From Candidatus Margulisiibacteriota bacterium (GTDB lineage Bacteria > Margulisbacteria > Marinamargulisbacteria > SXXA01 > SICP01), in assembly GCA_009691415.1 (NCBI GenBank), contig SICP01000001.1, positions 40,446 through 104,445 of the forward strand: a stretch of 64,000 bases of DNA, in the 5' to 3' direction. The position numbers were made by a program, and so were the translations under genes. Below, in pieces: positions 27,568 to 35,696 of the stretch. Numbering within the stretch: position 1 is the stretch's first letter; each line of letters opens with the position of its first letter. Below the pieces are notes generated by a model. It was not told the origin of the DNA. It saw only the letters and a program-made list of their open reading frames with translations, and did no database searches.

Positions 27568-27600
27568 AATTGTTGCATTTTGATGAGATTGCAACACTTT
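27568..27600. promoter_or_regulatory. Palindromic operator-like site GTTGCA-N12-TGCAAC(ACTTT)
   Basis: aattGTTGCAttttgatgagatTGCAACacttt lies 23 nt upstream of ATG 27623, in the divergent region next to the sigma-54 regulator. The same half-sites and spacing occur at 35354-35387. Confidence 0.5.
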
Positions 27601-27622
27601 ATCTGCATAGGAGGATTTAAAG

Positions 27623-27829
27623 ATGACACTGAAAACAAAAGAAGCTCAAGAAATGCTTCATTTTTTGTATCATGAATTTAAAGCGCCTTTGTTTATGTTT
27701 AAATCTTTGGTTTCAATGATGCTAGAGGGGCAGGTTCCAGATGAAACCCTTTTGCGTGATCTATTAGTAGAATGCGAGAAATATGAGGTGCGGTTGAAGG
27801 GGTATTTGGACTCCGACTCTTCTACTTAG
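27623..27829 (+). CDS. 68-aa stand-alone DHp-like protein with a histidine-kinase H-box
   Basis: A strong SD precedes it (AGGAGG, 8 nt before the ATG). FLYHEFKAPLFMFKSLVSMM resembles the HisKA H-box (SHE[LF][RK]TPL). The length fits a two-helix hairpin. There is no ATPase domain. Confidence 0.5.
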   Translation: MTLKTKEAQEMLHFLYHEFKAPLFMFKSLVSMMLEGQVPDETLLRDLLVECEKYEVRLKGYLDSDSST

Positions 27830-27936
27830 ATCAGATGGCTTTGGATTCCAGAAAGAGATGCTGAGGCTGAGGGGGGAGTCGTGATTACCCACCCCAGCCC
27901 CTCCCGAGAGGAGAATTCAAGAAATTATAATGATTA

Positions 27937-28338
27937 CTACTCTGTTTCAATCACAAACTGAGTGTTTCCACTGGTAACAATCAACTCGACGTTATCAACA
28001 ATATGAGAATGATTCGGCAAGCACGTTAGCGTTATTCTGGCCCCGGATGTTGTTGAGGCATACACAATAATTTCATTGCCACTCACCACAGGAAATCCTG
28101 AGCTTCCACCTATAAAAGCAAAGCTAAATTGAGGCGTAACCGATTCTGGCCCAACCGTAGTCATTCTCACCGTAACCAGTTCTCCCGCCGTATATTTGGC
28201 TTTAACCGGGGATACTGCAAAAGAGACCACTGTTTTTTCTGGCGTCTCTAATCCTTGACTCGCCTTACCACACCCCGAAAAACACAATACTGCACCCATA
28301 GCCAAAACAGCTCCAACAGTCATCATTTTTATACGCAT
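27937..28338 (-). CDS. Small lipoprotein of unknown function
   Basis: A signal peptide with lipobox LCFSGC, followed by a beta-rich roughly 110-aa domain. Confidence 0.6.
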   Translation of the reverse strand: MRIKMMTVGAVLAMGAVLCFSGCGKASQGLETPEKTVVSFAVSPVKAKYTAGELVTVRMTTVGPESVTPQFSFAFIGGSSGFPVVSGNEIIVYASTTSGARITLTCLPNHSHIVDNVELIVTSGNTQFVIETE

Positions 28339-28436
28339 AGCACTCCACCTTAGTTCGTCAAATTTAATAAATTATCAATAATTTATGCATATTATCTTAA
28401 AATAAAACTTTCGTCCATGCAAATAACAACATTTTT

Positions 28437-29881
28437 AACCGGTAACTGACCGGAGGGTTGCTAGGGTTTAGGAAATAACGTATACAAATCGGCATCCGGA
28501 TCCAAGGCCAAAGCATCGAGGGTAGAGTTGAACCACTGACGCAAGGATTGATCCTCCAAGCGTTTTGCAGCAGTATGAAGAACGGACATCAGAATGGACC
28601 TTGTCTCAGCGCCTTTTTGGGGACTGGGAACCGAAGCTCATTTTTCTGGCAATGACGGTGGGACGAAGCTCACGCTCAGCCTTGTTGTTATCAGGAGGGA
28701 CGCGTCGATCGGTCACCCAATGAAAGAGTCGAGCCTCGTTATCCAAGATAAGATTTTGATAGGTTTGAATACCTAGATGTTTCGCTGGTGCTCGACAATG
28801 CGACAACATCTGATCTTGAATCTGTTTTGCTTCACGGTAATAATCCGCATCAGAATCTATGTTTCGATTTAAGTCCATGGCCTGAGCAAAAAGAGGCGCC
28901 AATGTTCCCACAAAGGCTTTAACTTCTTTGTTTTGTGGAAACTTTTTTTCAATGTCCTGTAAATCTCTGAGTAAATGGGCATAACAATATTGAATAGCGC
29001 AGGGCATTTTGTTGTAGCCGGCATACCTGTCTACAACCAGGGTTCCGCTCAAAGGTTCCGTGCCCATTATAGTGCTCGGGGTTTCAGCGGATCGACTTTT
29101 GCCAAATTTAAACAAACTCAAAGAGACCGTGCAAAACAGCCACGCATAGCCGTTGTGCCCATCTGTTCGCCATCCTGTTTCATCCGCATGTCTGACGGGC
29201 GCGTCTCTGTATTCTTTTTCCAACTTCTCTATCGCTGGCTTCCATTTCTCTGCTAATAAATGAAAAATCCGTATCAGCGCACCAGAAGAAACCCCGTTCC
29301 CATACATAAATCCAGGCTGCACCAAGGGCTTTCGACTCACTTCTTTTTTACAGTCCCTGCACTTCTTGACCTGACATTTGTACAGTATCCGCTTTGCTTC
29401 TGTCAGCAACGCGTCAAGCACGCATTTTTTCTCTATCCCTCGACTTTCTAAGTGTCCACCACACTTAGGACACGCTGTTTCTTTGACGCGTAACTCATGT
29501 ACCTCGTCTGCCTCTTTTTCTGTAAACTGCTTCCGTCCATACCCTTTTCGCCCTTTGGGCGCGCCACCCTGCTTTTTCTTGTCTGCTTCATCACTATTCG
29601 ATTTAATCTCTATTTTTGATGACGGTGTTGACGACCCAAATAGTAACGAAAATATCCCTTTTATTTTTCGATATCTCAGCTGGGCTCTTAAATACTCATT
29701 TTCTGTCTTTACCTTGTCGATCTTTTGCTGCTTCCTGAAGCACTCTTCACAAAATGAAAATTCTCCAAAATGATGCTTTCCTTCACAGCTGTATCATTTC
29801 GTCATTTCCTAATCATGCATGACTTTCTCACTTTTTCAAAATCTTGCTTTTTTATATTACCCCTCCAGGTAGTTACCGGTT
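28437..29881 (-). mobile_element. IS66-family insertion sequence (single-ORF type), inactivated
   Basis: The imperfect terminal inverted repeats are aaccggtaactgaccggaggg (28437-28457) and ccctccaggtagttaccggtt (29861-29881). The single transposase gene is disrupted. Confidence 0.7.
28461..29805 (-). pseudogene. IS66-family transposase with an in-frame TGA after codon 3 and a C-terminal frameshift
   Basis: ATG 29805 is followed by ACG AAA TGA (29796-29794). The open frame then reads YSCEGKHHFGEFSFCEEC...CPKCGG...HADETGWRTDG...VVDRYAGYN...CYAHLLRD...NNKAERELRP..RKMSFGSQS. After the run ccccaaaaagg (about 28609-28620) the frame shifts and continues GAETRSILMSVLHTAAK...* ending at 28461. Confidence 0.7.
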
Positions 29882-30042
29882 ACGCATTTTTTTGAAAAAA
29901 TAAATATGTTCCATCGTATCAAAGAGAACACCAGAATCACGTTACTTTTAAGGCGCCTCATTCATGGGACGGGTCTAATCAGGTTTCAAAAGATTCTATT
30001 GATTGGTCTGTAAATATATATAACGTTATATTATAATACACA

Positions 30043-30297
30043 ATGAATTATATTGACAGTAGATTGCCTTCAAATTATGATTTAGTTATTGAGGAAACAC
30101 GCCCGGACATGATTGGAGAACTTATTCGAGAAGCCAAGAAAGAAATCAGCATGTCTCAAGAAGAACTCGCAGCATTAGCACACACAAAACCATCCGCCAA
30201 CTCCCGCCTTGAGCGACACACAAGTGACATTAAACTCTCCACACTCAGCCTGGTCTCTAAAGCCTTGGGCAAACGGCTAGAAATCCCGCTTAAGTAG
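30043..30297 (+). CDS. XRE-family helix-turn-helix protein
   Basis: IREAKKEISMSQEELAALAHTKPSANSRLERH...LSTLSLVSKALGKRLEI is a typical HTH_XRE pattern. Confidence 0.65.
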   Translation: MNYIDSRLPSNYDLVIEETRPDMIGELIREAKKEISMSQEELAALAHTKPSANSRLERHTSDIKLSTLSLVSKALGKRLEIPLK

Positions 30298-32182
30298 CCA
30301 GAAACCCCAACAACTCCTGCTCGGTAAACGGCTTACGTAAAAATGTGTCGAATCCCAACGCTGCAATCGTCTCTTGATTGTGCAAATTGGGCTGGGCGGT
30401 GATGGCGCAAATAATGGGCGGGGATTGCGCTTTTTCTTGGTAGTGTTTCCGAATAAATTTACAGGTGTCCAAACCGTTGATTCCGTCTGGCATATGGACG
30501 TCTAAAAAGATGATGTCAAAGTCTTGGATTTTAGTGATTTCGAGGGCAGCTTCTCCCGAGTCTACATCGGTATAGATGACACGTTTTTGCAGAAGCATTT
30601 TGGTATAAATGCGATTAATGCCGGTGTCATCGCAGACGAGAATTCGTTTTTGGCTAATGTCTTTTTCTTTTTTGATGAGCGGCTGATTGTCCGGAAGTGC
30701 ATGAGATTTTTTAACCGGGATCTGAACACTGAATTCACTGCCTTTTTTGAGTGTGCTTTTAACCTTTATATGGCCACTCAAACGCGTCACAAATGCATGG
30801 ACAATGGACAAGCCAAGCCCCACCCCACTCGCATCGCCTGTCGGATTTTCTTGCGTATACGCTTCAAATAAATGAGGGATTTTTTGCTCATCAAATCCGA
30901 TGCCCGTATCATGAACTGCAAACATAAGCCTGTCGCTTTCGAAACTCACAGTCAACGTCACGTACCCCTCGTCTGTAAATTTAATTGCGTTGGATAACAG
31001 ATTGATCAGAATACGCTTTAGAAGCGCGGGATCACTTTCAATATCTGGAAGATCTGGCACTGTTTTTAAAGTAAAAATAATAGGCTTTTCCTGGATTAGG
31101 CTATGCACGACGGCATCAATATCGGAGAGAAAGTTTGGTAAATGAATAATTTCTTCTTGCATGGGAATATCACCTTTTTCGATGCGTTCGATGTCGATCA
31201 TGTCGGCAACAGATCGGAGTAAAAGATCTGCAGAGTCATAGATGAATTTTGGAGATTTCTGGGGGTTTTCGTCAGGATGATCTTGGATGTACTGGCTGAA
31301 ACCTAGGATGGTATGAAGCGGCGTGCGGAAGTCATGACACAGTTGGGCGAGAAATCGGGTTTTGAACTGGTTGGCAGCTTCAGCGATTTGTTTTTCTTGG
31401 TGTTGGGATTCGTATTGACGTACAACACTTTTTGTAACCAAACCCGCTATATCGATAAGTTCATATTTCAAGATAATCCATGCCATTAAAACAATATAGA
31501 TAGACACAAATAGTGATGATGACAAATTAAGCAAGCTGTCGATTATTGGATTAAATTTTTTGATAATGAGTAAAAAATAAGCATTGCCCGCAGAAAATAA
31601 TATACTCATTGAAATCAACAAATAATGATATTTTTTCTTTTCTGTTCCCACGGAAAAATTGTGTTTAAGCCACAAATCATAAAGCGCACAAAGAAAGATA
31701 CCTGCGTACATGCCAAGATAGGCATACCAGCCGTATGAAGGTATCGTTAAAAAACGTGCACCAAAATACATGCCCGATCGGAAATAACGGGTCCAGTTCA
31801 TGACCAATAAAATACAACTTGAAACGAGCGCCACCACAGTGAGTCTATTACGCTCTATCTTGGCAAAGGAATTAATCATAGCCAGCAAAATAATGGGCAC
31901 AAAAATAGCAACAGAATAAATATATTGATCCCAATTTAACCCGACTTGGATAGAGGTTGTTGTGCTCTGGATATAACATCCAAAAGCCCAAAAAGAAATC
32001 AAACCATTGAATACAAAAAACAAAACATTGGTTTTATTTTTATAGTTTTTTAGCATTACAAATGAGCCTAATACCCCACCGATAATAGAAGCAATTAACG
32101 GAGAAATTTGACTAGCTAATGTAAGTACAGACAACAGCAATCCCCCCTCTAAAACACGTCCATTTACCAGGAACACTTTCAA
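30290..32182 (-). CDS. Hybrid sensor histidine kinase (multi-TM sensor, HisKA, HATPase_c, C-terminal receiver)
   Basis: About 7 TM helices end in ILKYELIDI. The H-box is FLAQLCHDFRTPLH, the N-box is LLSNAIKFT and the G-boxes are HDTGIGF / GVGLGLSIV. The REC domain reads ILVCDD...IIFLDVHMP...LRKPF. The start is uncertain, because its first roughly 24 codons overlap the upstream kinase; a TTG near 32130 preceded by GGGGGG is an alternative. Confidence 0.85.
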   Translation of the reverse strand: MKVFLVNGRVLEGGLLLSVLTLASQISPLIASIIGGVLGSFVMLKNYKNKTNVLFFVFNGLISFWAFGCYIQSTTTSIQVGLNWDQYIYSVAIFVPIILLAMINSFAKIERNRLTVVALVSSCILLVMNWTRYFRSGMYFGARFLTIPSYGWYAYLGMYAGIFLCALYDLWLKHNFSVGTEKKKYHYLLISMSILFSAGNAYFLLIIKKFNPIIDSLLNLSSSLFVSIYIVLMAWIILKYELIDIAGLVTKSVVRQYESQHQEKQIAEAANQFKTRFLAQLCHDFRTPLHTILGFSQYIQDHPDENPQKSPKFIYDSADLLLRSVADMIDIERIEKGDIPMQEEIIHLPNFLSDIDAVVHSLIQEKPIIFTLKTVPDLPDIESDPALLKRILINLLSNAIKFTDEGYVTLTVSFESDRLMFAVHDTGIGFDEQKIPHLFEAYTQENPTGDASGVGLGLSIVHAFVTRLSGHIKVKSTLKKGSEFSVQIPVKKSHALPDNQPLIKKEKDISQKRILVCDDTGINRIYTKMLLQKRVIYTDVDSGEAALEITKIQDFDIIFLDVHMPDGINGLDTCKFIRKHYQEKAQSPPIICAITAQPNLHNQETIAALGFDTFLRKPFTEQELLGFLAT

Positions 32183-33284
32183 CTACCAAACTACCCTTCA
32201 ACGCATGAACAAACTTCTGAACAATAGAGAGCCCGATACTGCCCTTTTTGGTGAATTTTACGGCGTTTGAAAGCAGGTTCATGAGGATGCGTTTGAGTAG
32301 CCTGGAATCAGTTGTGAGTGGGGGGGGGATATTGGAGGTATTGCGCTTGAAAGTAACGTCGGTTTTTTGGGCTAGGGAAAGGGTCATCGTAGCGGAGATT
32401 TCTTTTAGGAGGTTTTGTAGGCAGAACAGTTCATGGTGGACTGGGATATCGCCTTTTTTAATGCGTACGATATCGATGAGATCGTCAACTGATTTAAGGT
32501 GCAAATTAGAGGGATTTCTAATGAGTGTGGCGACTTTTCCTACATCTTCTTTGGGATGATTCTTAAGGTAGTCGCTGAAGCCTATCATAGTATGGAGAGA
32601 GGATCGTATGTCATGACAGAGTTGAGCAAGAAAGCGAGTTTTATGTTGGTTTGCGTTAAGAGCTTTTAATTTTTCTTTTGTAACAGATTCGATAACGGCT
32701 CCAAAGGAACCCATTGATATTGATAAAATAATGAGACAAGCGAGAGTGAACCCAATTCCTACAAAGGCGGGATTATCTCTTAGAAAAGGAAAGTCCATTA
32801 CATGTACAACAAAGATAAAATAGGTTACCAACAATCCTCGATTTACTATGGTCGGTTCTTTTTTAGGTGCCTTAAGTATCAAAAATAAAAGAGGGGCTGC
32901 AATAGAAAGACTTACGGGCAAGGCCATTAAACTGAAGGGGCCTCCAATAACCTGTATAAACAGGCACATCAGGATACCCATACACTGTCCATAAATAAAA
33001 TATTTCCAGGGAATTTTAATAGGTGTCATGTCAGAGAATAACTTGCATAACGCGAGGCTAATCAAAAAACAAAATGAGAATCCAATCGTTGCAAAAAACA
33101 AGGTTTTCGACAAAATCCCTTGCATCAGAAAACTCAAAAATGTTGCCATCCACACCAAAAAAAGCGAAAAATAAAGTTTGTTTTTGTCGACAATCCACAT
33201 CGTAAAAGCAATAACAATATTAACGAGTAACAGCCCCGCATAGAATATGATTAAATTGGCCGAATTTAGTAAAAAAATATTCAT
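32112..33284 (-). CDS. Sensor histidine-kinase paralogue with a different 6-TM sensor and an internally deleted ATP-binding domain
   Basis: The H-box (FLAQLCHDIRSSLH) and N-box (LLSNAVKFT) are intact. KKGSI then joins directly to GLSIVQKF. Relative to the upstream paralogue, 48 aa including the DTGCG G1 box, the F box and most of G2 are missing (junction near 32234/32235). Confidence 0.7.
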   Translation of the reverse strand: MNIFLLNSANLIIFYAGLLLVNIVIAFTMWIVDKNKLYFSLFLVWMATFLSFLMQGILSKTLFFATIGFSFCFLISLALCKLFSDMTPIKIPWKYFIYGQCMGILMCLFIQVIGGPFSLMALPVSLSIAAPLLFLILKAPKKEPTIVNRGLLVTYFIFVVHVMDFPFLRDNPAFVGIGFTLACLIILSISMGSFGAVIESVTKEKLKALNANQHKTRFLAQLCHDIRSSLHTMIGFSDYLKNHPKEDVGKVATLIRNPSNLHLKSVDDLIDIVRIKKGDIPVHHELFCLQNLLKEISATMTLSLAQKTDVTFKRNTSNIPPPLTTDSRLLKRILMNLLSNAVKFTKKGSIGLSIVQKFVHALKGSLVVESVPGKWTCFRGGIAVVCTYIS

Positions 33285-33292
33285 ATTAATCT

Positions 33293-35263
33293 CTACCCAA
33301 CAGAAATCTCCCCTCTAAACTTCGTCCCTTCACCAGGAATACTATGCACAGTTACCGTGCCATTTAATTTTTTGATAAACATCTGGACAATGGCAAGCCC
33401 CAGACCCACCCCCAATGTTTTCTGATCTGTTTCTTCTTGAGTATAAGCTTGAAACAACGTTTCTGCTTTTGATTGCTCAAACCCACACCCTGTATCTGAG
33501 ACCTCAAAATACAGAGTGTTTTTGTTATAGGAGATATCCAGAGAGATGCTTCCTTTTGAGGTAAATTTGACAGCGTTTGAAAGAAGGTTCATGAGAATAC
33601 GCTTGAAAAGCCTTGGATCCGTAACCAGAATTTCAGGTAGAGTGGATGTGGTGAGAATAAAAGTGACATCACTTTTTTGAAATAATGAGAGTGTCATGGT
33701 TTCGGAAATTCCTTCTAGGAAAGTTTTGATGCAGAAAGATTCGAAATGAACCGGAATATCACCCTTTTCAATGCGTTCGATATCGACGAGATCGTCAACA
33801 GATTTCAGGAGGAGTTTTGAGGAATCGTGGATGATGGCAGCAATTTTTTCAACGTCTTCTTTGGGATGGGTTTTGAGGTAATCGCTAAAACCGATGACGG
33901 CATGGAGGGGGTTGCGCAGATCATGACATACTTGGGCGAGGAATCTGGTTTTGTGTTGGTTGGCAGATTCCGCCTGGCATTTTTCTTGACAATTTATTTC
34001 GTATTGTTTGGTTTGCTGCATGCGGTCAAGAGTCTGAAAAAGCTGGGCCTCGATGGTATGAAAAACATCGTAATCTTTTTGGGTAAAAGCATCTTCGGAA
34101 AGCTTGGGGCCTAGGTTGATTTTGGCTAGGGGTCGCTCGTTTACGTGGATATAAAGGGTGTGAGCAATGGGGCGTTGTTTCTGTGGGTAGGTGTAGATGG
34201 GGAGATAGTCTTCGATTGGAGTCGTAGGGTCTTCTAGTTTTGTTGAAAAGTAGATGGCGATACTAGCAAGCTCCATGTGACCACGGAGGGCTTTGTCGAT
34301 AACAGGGATGAGGTCTGTGTAGGTTTTGCAAGTTGCTAGTGAGTTGAGGAACTCTTTAAGGAGAGTGTGTTCATCGTACCAGCCTTTGATGAATTTTTTT
34401 TCTAATGGAGTTTGGATAAAGAAGCGGAGTTTTTTGGCATATGCAAACCAAAAAAGCCCCAACAATATGCCGGATGCCAAGAGGATATTTGGGATGTCTT
34501 TTGTGAGAAAATAGAAGAGATATGTGCTGATTGAGATCATGATGGCGACGACTATGTTTGCTGTGGTTTTACTTATGAGGATTGTGATGTCCATTAGATC
34601 GTGTTTGGTGATTGCGTAGGTCACAATTGCGGCATAAATCATTAATGCAAAATTATCCAAACCTATCTGGGATGACCAGAGCATGCCAATGATGTAATTT
34701 CCTAATGCAATGGGGATAAAAATTGTAGCTACAAAATAATAGCCAATTTTTGTTTTTAATTTTCCAGTTGATTTCAGGAAAGCCCGAACTAATAAATAAA
34801 GGGCAAATATCACTGCCGATATTAGAGAAACAAGATAGAAATTGTAGATTAAACCAAGTTGAATACTAAGCATTCCATCGTTCAGATAAGTTGCGCTCTT
34901 GAAATATAGAGGCGTTAGCAATGATATAAAAACTATCCCGATCGCTAAGCTATACAGAAAAATCAAAAATTTCTTCGACGGCTTTGTCTGGGTGAATATA
35001 TAGATGAAATGCACATAAAATGGCAGGGTTAGAATGATCCCAATATTAGCAATTTTTAAACCCCAAAGAAGTGGTACAAATTCCTTTATCGGTGTTTGCC
35101 AGAAAAAATCGCCCACTATTCCAAGCGATAATCCAAAAAGGAATAAAGCAAACGATCTATTAAGTGGGGACCTAGGGTTTTCGCGTAGAACAAATATTCC
35201 TAGAAATAATATCCAGACAAATGCCGCAATTGATGAAAAAAGAAAAAAACTTAAAAAAGACAA
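33293..35263 (-). CDS. Sensor histidine kinase (7TM sensor module, GAF-like linker domain, HisKA, HATPase_c)
   Basis: The N-terminal 7TM region ends in YAITKHDLMDITILISKTTAN. The H-box is FLAQVCHDLRNPLH. The N, G1 (SDTGCGF) and G2 (GVGLGLAIV) boxes are complete. TTG start. Confidence 0.85.
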   Translation of the reverse strand: MSFLSFFLFSSIAAFVWILFLGIFVLRENPRSPLNRSFALFLFGLSLGIVGDFFWQTPIKEFVPLLWGLKIANIGIILTLPFYVHFIYIFTQTKPSKKFLIFLYSLAIGIVFISLLTPLYFKSATYLNDGMLSIQLGLIYNFYLVSLISAVIFALYLLVRAFLKSTGKLKTKIGYYFVATIFIPIALGNYIIGMLWSSQIGLDNFALMIYAAIVTYAITKHDLMDITILISKTTANIVVAIMISISTYLFYFLTKDIPNILLASGILLGLFWFAYAKKLRFFIQTPLEKKFIKGWYDEHTLLKEFLNSLATCKTYTDLIPVIDKALRGHMELASIAIYFSTKLEDPTTPIEDYLPIYTYPQKQRPIAHTLYIHVNERPLAKINLGPKLSEDAFTQKDYDVFHTIEAQLFQTLDRMQQTKQYEINCQEKCQAESANQHKTRFLAQVCHDLRNPLHAVIGFSDYLKTHPKEDVEKIAAIIHDSSKLLLKSVDDLVDIERIEKGDIPVHFESFCIKTFLEGISETMTLSLFQKSDVTFILTTSTLPEILVTDPRLFKRILMNLLSNAVKFTSKGSISLDISYNKNTLYFEVSDTGCGFEQSKAETLFQAYTQEETDQKTLGVGLGLAIVQMFIKKLNGTVTVHSIPGEGTKFRGEISVG

Positions 35264-35353
35264 CTACATCCCACCCACTTTTTATTTTCGTCACAGTATA
35301 GCAATTTTTGTTATTTTAGAACATGCCTCGTCGTTTAGATTAAATAAATTTTC

Positions 35354-35387
35354 AAAGTGTTGCATTTTTTTGCAAATGCAACACTTT
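35354..35387. promoter_or_regulatory. Palindromic operator-like site AAAGTGTTGCA-N12-TGCAACACTTT
   Basis: It is a perfect 11-bp inverted repeat in the 192-bp divergent region between the kinase operon and the synthase operon. Its half-sites and spacing match 27568-27600. An extra TGCAA sits in the spacer (TTGCAttttttTGCAAaTGCAA). Confidence 0.5.
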
Positions 35388-35455
35388 GACTTTACTTTTT
35401 GGTTCTTCGAGAGTAAAAATAGACTATTACTGACAAATGCATCCGGGGGGATTTC

Positions 35456-35653
35456 ATGGAACAGAACCAATCATCAACTACACCCACTTCTCCAAATCCA
35501 ATCAATATTCTCTCGAAGCAATCTTCCTTTAAAATTCCATGCCGTTTTACACCTTTAACCAAAATGATCCTTACAGCAAAACCGTTTACGGGAGCTGCAT
35601 CTCTTGAAGAACTTAATGAGAGAAAGGAGGATGATTTTTCGTTTTTTGATTAG
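35456..35653 (+). CDS. 65-aa ORF, paralogous to the first roughly 40 codons of the downstream synthase
   Basis: It shares the 15-nt translation-initiation context atgcatccgggggga, at 35438-35452 and 35679-35693. It also shares an IP(C)RFT motif (KIPCRFTPL versus QIPRFTIAS). Its coding status is uncertain. Confidence 0.35.
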   Translation: MEQNQSSTTPTSPNPINILSKQSSFKIPCRFTPLTKMILTAKPFTGAASLEELNERKEDDFSFFD

Positions 35654-35696
35654 GGGATTTTAAGACTTAAACAGTTTATGCATCCGGGGGGACGAC

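Noticed and set aside
27563-27580. A sigma-54 promoter-like GGCA...TGCA (aaGGCAattgtTGCAt) next to the sigma-54-dependent regulator.
   Set aside because: The GG-to-GC spacing is 10 nt rather than the 12 nt of the TGGCAC-N5-TTGC consensus, and the -24 element lacks the flanking T/C context. I found no convincing -24/-12 promoter by eye anywhere in 27524-27622 or 35264-35455.
29794-29796. The in-frame TGA at codon 4 of the IS66 transposase might indicate UGA recoding (genetic code 4 or 25).
   Set aside because: TGA clearly terminates well-conserved genes in the same window, for example the hydrolase at 6407-6409, gpsA at 7396-7398 and the DUF423 gene at 59415-59417. Their protein lengths are normal. 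The transposase also carries a frameshift, so it is simply a pseudogene.
35034-35558. A 174-aa plus-strand ORF spanning the kinase start and the divergent control region.
   Set aside because: It is antisense to the first TM helices of the kinase and then runs through the AT-rich regulatory region. It has no SD and no motifs, and it conflicts with the better-supported small ORF at 35456.
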